From the NCBI GenBank assembly GCA_900617105.1, contig UYFQ01000368.1, positions 1 to 60,074 of the forward strand: DNA of 60,074 nucleotides, given 5' to 3'. The DNA is from Hydrurus foetidus. Taxonomy: Eukaryota. This document shows positions 21,401 to 33,000 of this stretch, piece by piece (the stretch's first letter is position 1; each line of letters starts with the position of its first letter). Position numbers and translations under genes: made by a program. Below the pieces are notes generated by a model that worked only from the letters and a program-made list of their open reading frames with translations, did not search any database and was not told the origin of the DNA.

Positions 21401-23812
21401 GATATTTATGGGGTGATGGATTTAACCGCGGGTTACCATCAAGCTCCCTTATATACACCCCACCGAATCTATACGGCATTTATATGTTTCATGGGGTGTT
21501 TCAATTCACAAGATTGCCTTTTGGCCCTTGTCGTGCCCCTCTTACTTTCAAGAGCAGATGGTGACAACGGTCCTTCACGGTCTCATATACAGCTGTTGCG
21601 AGATGTATCTCGACGATTGCATTGTATATGGCCGGGGCGAAGCAGAGTTTCTTTTGAACTTGAGGAAAGTCTTTGAGAGATTTAGACTTAAAAATCTTAA
21701 ACTCAAAGCAAAGAAATGCCGATTCGGTCTTAAGCGTATCGAATACGTTGGACGAGTCATCGACAAAGATGGTTTATCCATGTCAAAGAAAAGATTGAGA
21801 CAGTACTCAACTTTCCACTTCCAAAAGAAGTTACGGCATTACGGGGATTCCTTGGCTTAGCCAATTATTTCCGTCAATTCGTTCCTTTTCACTCGGAAAT
21901 GGTAAAACCACTTCACATGATGGTGGACCCAAAGGCGGTTAAACGCTCTCCAATTTTTTGGACCCTCGAGGGGACAAACGCATTCAATGAGACAAAGATC
22001 GCGGTATCTCGTTGTCCATTGATGTATTTCATCGATGAAACCTCACCCATCAGATTATATACTGATGCATCTGATTATGGAATCGGTGGTGTATTATTCC
22101 AAGTCATTAATGACGAATGGAAACCAATCGCTTTTATTAGCAAATCTCTATCTGCATCTCAGATTAATTGGTCAACAATACAAAAGGAGGCTTACGCTAT
22201 CTTTTATTGCTGCCAACAATTGGATTACCTTATCCGAGATAGGAAATTCACTATTCATACTGATCATATGAATTTGACATATATGAAACAAAACCCTACT
22301 TCGATGGTAGCACGGTGGTTCATTGCAATGCAAGAACTCGATTTCACCGTTCATTTTGTTAAAGGATCGGATAACGAATTAGCCGATGCGCTGTCACGTT
22401 TATGTCCAAATCTTACTGAAATTGCTCTACCGTTGACAATTGTCAGAGATGTTTGTTCATCATCATCTTCATCTTCTTCCACAAGTGTGGCGGCTTTAAC
22501 GGTTATCGAACCGGCCACAGATGAACAAATACTTCATATCCAGATGTGCCACAATGCAATTGTGGGTCACAACGGTGTCGACCGAACCCTCACTCGACTT
22601 TACAGTCTAAACCAAGTGTGGAAAAATATGAAACAGCACGTACGTTCATACATACGGAACTGTCCTTGTTGTCAAAAACTAAGTGCGGTTGATGCGAAAA
22701 TCAATGCGGCCCATTTTTCAACTTCTACTCACGCAATTTTCGATACGTTGAATATTGATTATGTGGGTCCTTTCCCCGATAAGGGGTATATTCTCGTCAT
22801 AATTGACACCTTCTCCAGATGGACAGAAATGTTCTGGTGTAAGGACGCTACTGCCGAATCTGCAGCGGAGAGTTTATTAACACATTTTGGTCGATTCGGT
22901 TCGCCAAACATGATAAGATCGGATCGTGGATCCCATTTCGCTAATGATCTCATAAAAGAGTTCTTAGATCTTACGGGTACGCCCCATAACCTCACTCTAG
23001 CTTACTCCTCTCAGGAGAATGCAATTGTTGAACGAGTCAATAAAGAGATAAATAGACATTTAAAAGGACTGGTGTTCGATACACCGTCTCTTGTCCATTA
23101 TGCAAAATGCATTCCGTTCGTACAACGAATTATAAATAGTTCAGTTAATAAACGTACGGGTGCAAGTCCAGCATCTATCCTATTCGCGGATAAACTTGAT
23201 TTGAATCGAGGAATTTTAACACCTCATTTGTTACCGATGGTATCATCTTCAAATTCAACATACATTGCTGATTTAATCGAGATACAGGACAAAGTCCTCG
23301 ATGCAGCAATCGACTCACTTCAAAAATGTGATGAAAAACACAAAAAGTCGACATCCGGTTTGACAGTGTTCCCTATAGGGTCGTATGTCTTGGTAAAACA
23401 AGAACACCCTCCAACTCGATTACACACTAAATGGAAAGGCCCTTTCCGTGTTGTATCCTTTGAAGGATCCGAGTATGTTCTCGCGAACTTAATTACACAT
23501 AAACACAATAGTGTACATGTAACGAATCTTAAAATATTCAATTATGACCCTTCGATGGGCTTACCTGCTGATACAGCACGTCGCGATTACATGGAGTATT
23601 TCGTTGAGAAAGTTCTTAATCACTCGGGTGATAAAAAGAAACCGACTACGATGTCGTTCCATGTGAAATGGCTCAACTATGATGACTCACATAATACATG
23701 GGAGCCTTGGAAGAATCTCCGGCTCTGTGATGCACTCCATGTATACTTGAGGAACAATAACATGTCGCGTTTTGTTCCCAGGAATATTGAGGGATCAACC
23801 ACCGAGGTTTGA
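18438..23812 (+). CDS. Gag-Pol polyprotein of D (gag-CCHC-PR-RT-RH-IN-chromo), with a few 1-nt frameshifts
   Basis: CRSCGNPAHILSDC knuckle; AVLDTAN protease; MDLTAGYHQ, YLDDC; TDASDYG; HNAIVGH..CPCC; SDRGSHF; WKGPF; chromodomain. Frame breaks at ~19632, ~21495-21540 and ~21790 fall in short homopolymer runs. Confidence 0.9.
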
Positions 23813-24166
23813 GCTCAAACGTAATATCTTTTGAAGATTTTTTGGCCTAATTTTTGCCCTCACGAGGGATTTTTATGGTTTTTTAGTCAGTAAAAATCTG
23901 ACATAATTGCGTTTGACCCTCGTACAACAGAACGATTCTGTTTTGTACATACTCCCTTATTCTTATCTTTTTCACAATTTCCGAAACCCCTTCACAATTT
24001 CTTTTGTATATACTTTCGCATTGTTAAAATATTGTACATATTTTTGATTTTCGTTTTCCGTTATCATTTATGTTACTAGTTAAATATTGGTATAAAGAAA
24101 CGGGGGTTTCGCCATAGTTTAGTGTAGTTTAGATTTTCTTTGAGAAAGAAGGATAAGTGGGGGTAG

Positions 24167-24363
24167 TGTGGTAGTTCCGGGTCCAAGGTCCCGATCCTAC
24201 CGGATAGTACTACGGTACACTACCCACCGTACACTACAGTCTGTTGTATCGTCGTAGCCACTTACAGCCTCCACGTAGAAGTTCACCCTAGCTTCTAGCT
24301 TTCCCTGCTGTAACTAAGCACTACCTCTAGACATCCCCTCCTCTTTTCCCATCCAGAGTCATA
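24167..24363 (+). repeat. 3' LTR of element D
   Basis: Direct repeat of 17663-17859, preceded by the PPT. Confidence 0.95.
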
Positions 24364-25721
24364 CCTTGACGGAAGTTGTCGTTGTTGTCGTCTCGAGAAT
24401 TATCGAAATTACGATTATTCGTCGAATAATTCCCTCTGTTTGGGTTGTCATAACGACGAGAATCCTCGTAATTACGGTTATCCCTTTGGGGTTTATCTTT
24501 GTGACGCTGGAAGGTGTCTCTGTGATTATCCCTGTTAGGGTTGTCGTCTTGTTGACGATGGTCGTTATCGCGACGCCCGTCATTCTGACGTGGGTTGTCG
24601 TTGTTTCGACGATTGTCGCTGTTGCGCCGATCGTCGTATTGACGTCTGTTATCGTCGTTGAATTGGGTGTCGTAACCGCGACGTCCATCATTGTCGTAGT
24701 CATGACTATCGTCATTCTGACGGTAATTGTCGTCATAACGACGATTATCGCTCTGACGTTGATTGTTGTCATTGCGGCGATCATCGTTATATTGACGTCC
24801 GTCGTTATCGCGACGTTTGTTGTTACGGTGCTCCGTCCCGTATGAAGGGCCCGTATTACGGTTGTCCCTGGGAGGGTTGGAGTCATCGTAGTTACGACAA
24901 TTATCGTTGTAACATTGATTGTCATCGTTAGAACGTTGATAATCGTTATTGTTTCGATTATCGTCGTTGTACTGGCGTTGGTTATTATCGTTGCGTTGAC
25001 AGTTATCGTAACGATTATCGTCACCACCGTCTTGGCTACCACTTTGTTGGTTTGGTGTAGGCGGATAATCGCCTGCTTCGTCTCCTTTTAAAAGAAATCC
25101 TCGACGAGTTATGTTATCATAACTGTCTCGGCCCTTACGACGGAGGAGTCGTTGTGGGAGTGAATCTATACGGCGGCGAGGATTCGCGTCGCCGTCGTCA
25201 TCATCCCGTTCAGCGTCGCTGGCAGGACGCGTCTGTTGACGGCTGTTTGCGTTGGCGTCTGACGATCGCAACGTGGCATTGTTTTGTTGTCGCGTTGTGT
25301 GAACATCATCGTCGTCGTGACGATTAGGTGGTGCCTGATTGGAACTGTTGGTAGGTCCCAGTATTGTTACTGGGAATACCGGTCTGTCAGTTCTATCAGA
25401 CGCAGCTATTGCTGCTGGCGCTGTTGGCGTCGACTGATATGTCGTAACCGTCGTCGCTGCCTTTACTGACGGAGCAGTGAGTTCGGCTAGCGACGGCGAG
25501 ATCTCCGAAAAGGCATCTTTAAATGACTTATTTCTTGACAATTTTAAGTAGCGAGGATCGCCAAAAAAATTTGCAAGAGCTTCACCTTGTGCCGTTAACA
25601 GGCAGTTAGGCGATGCAGGTAAGTCACAAAAGTTATGGACGGATGAATGAATCATTCCGTACAAAATGAGCCGGGATTGGGAGACTTGCTCGACCAACCA
25701 CGATAACGGCGTGGAAGTCAA
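24364..25721 (-). pseudogene. gag: 5' portion of C gag: long D/N/R-rich low-complexity N-terminal extension
   Basis: ORF 24327..25721 with YDDNRR/DNRR-type repeats. Removing D and one CCTT copy joins it to the similar sequence at 17662 and below. Confidence 0.7.
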
Positions 25722-26073
25722 AGCTATCCACGGACATCAATCAAGCAAAGCTTGAAGCGAGATATGGGCAGAGATTAATTGAGCTAACTCTGCACAATGG
25801 TATGGGATTGCTGAGATGAAACTCGAGCAACCACAAAATAGTCAAGTATCAGGAGACGAATCTCAAGCCGAGTGACTAGGTTTACGGCAACTAGACTTCG
25901 GAGACTTGTTCGCGACAGTAAGAACTGCCCGTAAACGAGAATTTCGAATTGAATTCGATATTCTCCACGCAGGGTAATAGGGAGAGTTATGGCAGCAGAG
26001 TAGCGTAGAGGAGGGTAGCTTAGAGTAGGGGGAATAGAGGCTAAAGAATAGAAACTAGAGAAAATAGATCTAC

Positions 26074-26280
26074 TGTGACCTCGAGAGGGAAGAGAAGAGG
26101 GAAATCTAAAGGCTAGAAGAAGCTTGTTAGTTAGGGGGAAAGCAGAAGGTACGCCAGTAACTTCTGCAAAGCAGCGCAAACTAGCTAGTGACTAATAGTC
26201 GTGGCTGTGAACACGAAGATACTAATGTGGAAACAGCATCTAATCGGCTCGATGGGGTAGCAGACCCTGAGGGAGCCACA
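26074..26280 (-). repeat. 5' LTR of element C (207 bp)
   Basis: TG...CA ends; same length as and highly similar to 56270-56476. Confidence 0.93.
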
Positions 26281-27124
26281 GAGGTCTGAGTAAGAAACAG
26301 AAGAGGATAACGCTTGAATGCTACGCTAGAGTCTGTAGTAATCCGTCCGATTGTCCGAGTCGACCATGGCCCTAAAAGTCGTAAAGATGTCCTCCTTTTT
26401 TAAAGTTTTCCTCTCATTTTTACAGTTTCATTTCGTTCAAAAAGGTATTTTTCTTCCTTAAAGCTGTGGTTACAGGTTTGAAATGGTGTTTTTTTCGTAA
26501 AAAATTGTTGGAAATAGTGGCGAGTTCATCGGAAATAGTCGCAACTTCTCTAATAGTTCTTGTTCTACTTTTAAAGTTCTAGATTATCTGAAATAGTTTT
26601 TTTCCTCTCAAAATAGTTTTTCTTCCTTTCTCGCAGTTTCCTGTTATTAGGATGCCTTTGGAAATTCCCATTTTGAAAGGGTCGAGTTGTCTCGTTGGTT
26701 TTTCATGCCACTCCAAATGACGCTGGTGGCAAGTTATTAGGTTTCTTTGAGGTAGATTTGAGGTTTCAATGAAGAAAATCGTCAGAGCCATCAGAATAAT
26801 TCACTTCATTTACTGAAAGACCTACCAAATCAGAAGCTCGTTACTGCCGCGTTTAAAAAAGTGAAAACGGATATATATTCGGAGAAAATAAAGACAGACT
26901 CGTTAATGTCGTCGGCTCTGATGAAAAGCGATAAAGAATCGTAAACTCTTTCAGCACCATGTCTACTGTTCTCAGTTCTCACACATGTCTGCTGTCTGCT
27001 GTGCGAAGCGAGTGACCTTGGGTCGATCGCACGTGAAATCGTGGAACCGATTTGATTTCAAGAAGTTTTGATGCGATTTCGGATTTGATTTCAATTCAAA
27101 TGGGGACAGAATGACAGAATAATT

Positions 27125-27168
27125 GAATCGAATCGAATCGAATCGAATCGAATCGAATCGAATCGAAT
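27125..27168. repeat. (GAATC)n microsatellite
   Basis: About 8-9 tandem GAATC units. Confidence 0.9.
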
Positions 27169-27172
27169 AGAG

Positions 27173-27711
27173 TGTTTGCGGAATCTCGTAAAAAAATAAA
27201 CCGGATTTATCCCGGTTTTAAAAAAGGTCTTTTTTTTCAGGGTCGTTTTTTCAGATTACATGAAAAAGTGCTCGTAAAAAACAACAAATCCCCCTTTCAT
27301 AGCAGAAGTCGTTTAACTGCACAATTGTACAATAAACTGCCAAATAGTGTCTAATGAGTGGCTGCCTTCATCAACAGGGGTATTGCGGTTCTTTTGAGAT
27401 ACTTTTCACTGCGAATGCTTACGAACTCTGATTGTGGCATACATTCAAAATACCTCATATTCTACCGTATTAATCCCAACTGTGTATATCATGGAGTACG
27501 ATAAGCGGAGGACCATGAGGGACATGCCTGACAGTAGAAGGTATGAAGTACTGTCTGTCGACGACAATTTCATGTCTAAAACCTTCATTTTCGTTTTTTT
27601 TTTCATGGCTAAAAAAACGGGAAATCGCACGAGATTTGGTTCCAAGAAATTAAAACAGATTAAAAAAAACGGTTTTTATCCGGTTTATTTTTTTACAAGA
27701 TTTCGCAAACA
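27173..27711. mobile_element. MITE-like element with ~35-bp imperfect terminal inverted repeats
   Basis: TGTTTGCGGAATCTCGTAAAAAAATAAACCGGAT ... ATCCGGTTTATTTTTTTACAAGATTTCGCAAACA; no clear TSD. Confidence 0.7.
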
Positions 27712-27917
27712 GTACCGTAATCGAATCAAATCGGAATCGGATCCCGATCGAGTGAATGCGTTGTTCTTGTTCCGCAGACTCTAGTTACTTTCTTCGCAGA
27801 CCCACTGAGGATACTGTAATTATCCAAACCTCTCCAAGGATAGATTAAATGATAACTAGTGGCCTGCACTAGAAACAAACATCACCATCTCCTGAAAACA
27901 GAGGACTCCACACCACG

Positions 27918-28380
27918 ATGCTTCGAGATTTAACCGTTCTTCTACTATGCCTTCCAACTCTGTCAGAAAGTGTCGCAGCAAAGAGATATGCTCCTTCAGG
28001 AGGATACAACATGATAAAGGATGCCCGCCACCTTGCTTGTGCAGCAAGCGAATCAAACAACGGCAATCCTGGAATGAGATTTTCTCCCTCTGGAGGATAC
28101 AACATGATGAAGGATGCTCGAAACAGTGCTAGCGCGACTAGCGGAACGAACGGTATGGAACCCGAAATCGAGCCCGCTCCTTCTGGTGCGAACAACATCA
28201 TGAAAGATGCTAGAAATAGCGCCGACCCTACTGGAAAACTAAATGATGCTAGCCCCAAAGCTAAACCCGCTCCATCAGGAGCGAATGAAATCATGAATGA
28301 CTCCGTCAAAGCTGCGAAGTCAACAAATCAAGCCATTGACGATTCGACTGGGAGTCCCGTCAAATCTACCGTGAACTCAG
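27918..28380 (+). CDS. Signal peptide plus four PSG-x-N-x-(M/I)-(K/N)D repeats; probably exon 1 of the fibrillin gene
   Basis: Hydrophobic N-terminus; repeats APSGGYNMIKDAR, SPSGGYNMMKDAR, APSGANNIMKDAR, APSGANEIMNDS; donor CAG|GTGAGC at 28381. Confidence 0.7.
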
Positions 28381-28464
28381 GTGAGCACTAGAGATGTCGG
28401 CACTGAACAACGAGAGGGATTTGAAAAAAATGAGTGCTAAGCATCATGACTTCACATACTACGG

Positions 28465-29235
28465 ATGTCAGTAAATAGCGGGACAAGCAATCGGAAAGAA
28501 ATGGACGCCAGCATTGTCAGAGAAAGGGAGCTACTGAAATCTAAATTATTCGCAAAAAGTGCCGCCTGCGATCGCGGATTTGGTGCCTGCACGAAAGATA
28601 GAGAAGACATCGCAGCGATAGTAGCAAAGTTAAGCAAACTTTCACCCGAAACAGCTCCTACACGTGGAATCAATCCATTCAGAGCAACCAATCATTCAGA
28701 CCTAGAGATGGCCCTTGCAACGGACGCCCCCGTTGTTGGAGCATGGCAAATGGTCTACACCACTGCCTTCGACGTTCTCTCATTAGCCGCCAGTCCACTG
28801 ACTCTACTACAGGGTATTTATCAAGTGATATACGCAAACGGGACATCAGTCAACGTTATCGATCTAGCACCACGCTTCCAGGCGATCCTACCTGTACAAC
28901 TACAGACGGAAAGAGGACTTACGAGCACTCTCCGTGCCAGAGTTTTCACTACGGCGAAAGCACGCAGTAATGTAAGAATTGGCTTGACATTTAAGCGCGT
29001 TGCTGTCAGTGCGGCGAAATTTCTAAACTTCGACGTATCTAGATTCCCGAAGTTCGGTGTGTCATTTCCTACGACCTCGAGAGTAGGAGCTGGTGACAAT
29101 GCCGGCGACACAGATCCTGGATTCTTCGACATTCTTTATGTTGACGAAGACTGCCTAATTATTCAGCAGAATGCCCCCGGCGGAATATTTGTGAACATTC
29201 GAAGTGAGGAAGCCATGTCTTCCTTTCTAGACTAA
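28465..29235 (+). CDS. PAP/fibrillin (plastid lipid-associated) domain protein
   Basis: LKSKL...DRGFG...IAAIVAKLSKLSP...GAWQMVYTT...IYQVI...FDILYVDEDCLI fits the PAP_fibrillin pattern. Confidence 0.85.
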   Translation: MSVNSGTSNRKEMDASIVRERELLKSKLFAKSAACDRGFGACTKDREDIAAIVAKLSKLSPETAPTRGINPFRATNHSDLEMALATDAPVVGAWQMVYTTAFDVLSLAASPLTLLQGIYQVIYANGTSVNVIDLAPRFQAILPVQLQTERGLTSTLRARVFTTAKARSNVRIGLTFKRVAVSAAKFLNFDVSRFPKFGVSFPTTSRVGAGDNAGDTDPGFFDILYVDEDCLIIQQNAPGGIFVNIRSEEAMSSFLD

Positions 29236-30083
29236 TCTCGAATTCGTTTGTTTTATTTATCCTGTTCCTGTCTTTTGTTTAAATGTTGCCATAATCTTTT
29301 ACATCCTCGAATTCTCGGGCACTTTTTGGCCATTATGAGGCGTCAGCTATCATACAGGGGACTCATTGGATATCAGCCTTGTCACCTTTTAATTGGACCG
29401 GTAGCTGTCATCGCCTGTAGTGATGATGGGACCAAATTCTCATAATTGCTATGAACAAAACCGCAACACATATTCATGTCACAGAACATCTCCAGGTGGC
29501 GTCAAAGATTTAAAACGTTAATCTGACAACGTTTACAGTGTCCGGTAATAGTTCGAAGCCCATCAATAATATTAGATGAGTCACGTAGATGACTGCGTCT
29601 TGAAAAACTGTGGTCGTCCCCATAATCCTCTAACTCGTCCAGATGTTGCGACACGTGTAGCCTGAATACTAAATGCGAAATACCGTGTAAAGCACACTTT
29701 TTCCCGACCCGAAAAACGAAATATTTCTTTTTCAGTTTTTTTCTTCCGAAATACACATTAGTGTTCGATTATTTAGTAGAGTATTAAAGAACACTCTGAA
29801 TCTGAAGGAAAGTCAATTCATTCTGAAGGCGAGCCCGGAGTACAAGCAGTATAGCAGCATGTCATGCCGTAAATGAACTGTAAAACAATCGAGCAGCCCT
29901 GATGAATAACGTTTCCCATTGAGACGCTTCGAAGAACATCTGGCTAAGAGGTGAAGAATGGATTCTTCTAATTGAATTGACTAACTTTAGGGGTCAACGC
30001 CATTTTTTATCGTGCGATTCTGACAGTCGGGGCAGGTAGCATGACACCATCGATGGATACGACATGATGGCTCCTTGAAGAAT

Positions 30084-33000
30084 ATGAGTCAAGCGCCCAC
30101 AAACGTCTGGGAATTTTCTGGGTCAGCTGAGACAGACGGCAGCTACGCCTTTGTTAACAGCACAGATATGATAAACAGCTGCATTGACGTCGACACTCAA
30201 GAGTGGACAAATGAGGATATGGCAGAGACAACTCAGACCATTCAAATTCTAGAACAGATCGTTAAAGCTCAATTTAGCCTCAGCGATGACATTGAGAATG
30301 GTTCGACATACTACGCTAGGGCTGATGGTGTCGAGATACCATTACCGCCTCCGTATGGACGGGCCACTAGCGGCTCAACTTGTATGGGACAACAGACGAG
30401 GCACCAGCAGTCCCAGGCGGTTGATGATTATGAACCTTTTGAGGGCAAAAACTCAATATTTGATGATAGCGGAAGTAACGGTCGGATGAGCAAGCCATCA
30501 CTTTCCAGAGAATCATCTGATAACTCGTACGCAACTCATGACAGTAAATTTCCAAAAGGGAGGGGAGACCTCAACGACCCCTTTGAAGCTCAATATATTA
30601 AGTCCAGGGGCAAGGGAATTATCGATCCTCATTTATCAGATACAGTGGAGAGGGCAAGTTCCAAATTAAGAAATTTCCAAAGAAAAATAATTCGAACAAT
30701 TGAGAATTCACCCGAGGTATGTCCATCTATAATTTGTGCTGACTGTTTTCGATCCATTTCGCATTTGATTCTTCTTCGCCGTACAATTGATTTAGTAATT
30801 ACTGCTTAACCTGAAATATGACATATGCAGGAGGTCACCTTACAAATGCTTCTTGAGTTGAATGAGTCCGTGCTTTCTGTGCTCTCGAAAGCGGATGTCG
30901 TTATCGCATCACCAGGCCATCCATCTGAAGAGAATTTCCCTACAATGGTCGCGATAATTTATATGCTTCGGAGAGGGAATAGAATGGAAACATTGACGGC
31001 TGTCAAGCAGCTAACAATGCTCTGTCTAGGAGTAGAGAGCTATGTGGATATCGCTACTAAAGTAGTGATAAAGACTAGCACAATGAGGGAAATGCGCGCT
31101 GCTAATGCCCTACAGACTTTGATGACTGCTCTAGTGCGGTGCGTGGCATTGGATTGGTCCGAAGTGGAGATGCAGATCTGTCGAGTCGTGTCCGTTCTGG
31201 TGACATACGAGGAGGACTGGGGACTCTTACAGAAAAACTCCCTCGAAATTCTGACGGCTATTCAGTCACTGCTTGTCAAGGCATTCAAAGTGAAGCGCCC
31301 CACGATACAGCCGGGTGTGAGAGTGGAGATGTGTTGCGATGTCAACTCCCTAGTGGCTGCAGCCCTCGCTAAGCTCTCCCTCGTTCTGTGCGCTTGGTGG
31401 AGCAAATCAAGCGTTACGCCTCCTCCTGTAGCTACAGCACATACGTCATCATCTTCATCCACAAGAGTATCAGAAGCAGAGCGCGCAAGAGAAGCATTGA
31501 GGTCAAGTAGCAATCGAGCAATACCTAAAGTTCCCACTAAATCTCAGGCAGATTTGATGAAAATACTCGAAATTGTTCTGAACGTAATATTGACTATGTG
31601 CGATGATGCGATTGTGTCACTGCCAGTTGCAGTGGCTGTTGTGGTGCCGAACAATGGTGTTAATATTCCCAGCATCGATATCAGTAGCGTGTGTGGTATA
31701 GCAGAGACCCTCCCCTCCTCAAGAGACCTGTCTGTCAGTGAGGCTTTGTCCAAGAGTCTGCCATTGCTCTCCAACTCTGCCGCAGTGCTCTGCAGTATAG
31801 CTCTCTGTAGCTTAGCGGAATGCCCTCAGTGCGTTGCAGTGTTAGTGCAGGGCGGTGCACTGCGATTGCTGAGATGTTGGCTGGATCTAGGAACCGATCT
31901 CATGACGGGCATCTGGGATGGGCTGGAGAAAGAAAGGCTCTCCGAATCGGGTGTGGCTGACAATGTGTCCCTGTCCAAGCTGCTACGTACAAAAGAGTAC
32001 GTACAAGCATTTGAACTGCTCACGAATGCTGCTGCAGCTGTTCATTATTTAGTAGGGGGCTCAGACGTTGTAGGCGACAAGAGCCTGCCAGCTACTGACT
32101 CCACTGCTGGGTTTATCTATGCTCAAGTGATGGCAGAAGGGCTACCTGCTGCGCTTGTGCGACTTATTTCCTCATCTGTATTTGACTTTACTGTGAGTGA
32201 CACTGTGAAATCTTCGTCATCTGCTACTGCCGATGAAATCTCCACGGCACCACCTGCCAGAAACTATAACATTGACACGGACAGGGACAATGCAGAACTA
32301 CTCCATCTTATGCGCATGCTCTCTGTGTCGGCAGCCCTCGCTGCAGTGGGTGCTAAGGACAAAGAGAAAGGAAATACGAAGCACCACACTGCCCACATAT
32401 TACCCCGTGCAGCAGAGGTGCATCTTGCACAAGCACTCTATCAACTGAGCAACCGAGTGCAGAGCAGGGCACACTTGCAGGCAGTGGGTGCTCCATTCGC
32501 GCTGTGTCGTTTGTTTGTGAGTGCGACTGAGAGGTCAAAGGGGAGGAGCAGAGCAAGGCCTGCAGGGAGTTTCAGAACGCTGAAAGAAGAAACTTCAACT
32601 CATCTCAGAACAGTTGCAGAGAGGGAGAGAGAAAAGAATTGGGATAAGAAGAACACCAAAGGAAGCTCTATCTACTGGGATGAGGAGGAGGAAGATGATG
32701 ACGACTTTGACTACCGGGTACCCCCAACACCCCAGTATCCGAGCACGTCTGATCTAAGAATGATCGGGATGGGGGGCGGCTTCGGGGGGGTGAATGACAG
32801 CAGCTCAGCGGATAGCAGGGAGTACGGAGTGGGTAACGACTTCTTCGCTAATGCTATCATGCAGCTATCACTGGATGGCACGGGGAACGTACCAACCATA
32901 CCGCCACCATCGTCAACTTCAACATCAAGGTTATTTCAAGAGCCATCAGGAGACCCACTTGCTAACAACGACCTCTCCTATATCAAAGCAGTGACGTCAT

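Larger units (their letters stand above)
17663..24363 (+). mobile_element. Near-intact Gypsy chromovirus-like element D (6.7 kb) nested in the gag of C
   Basis: 197-bp LTRs at 17663-17859 and 24167-24363 (3 mismatches seen); TSD CCTT on both sides; PPT AAGGATAAGTGGGGGTAG. Confidence 0.97.
12277..26280 (-). mobile_element. Gypsy element C (same family as E), 3'-truncated in integrase and interrupted by D
   Basis: 5' LTR 26074-26280 matches the LTR at 56270-56476; gag with CCHC knuckle, protease LLDTGS, RT YLDD, RNase H, integrase. Similarity to E stops at ~12277. Confidence 0.92.

Noticed and set aside
24359..25042. Alternative-frame T/I/V-rich ORFs over the D/N/R repeat
   Set aside because: Shadow frames of the repetitive gag extension.
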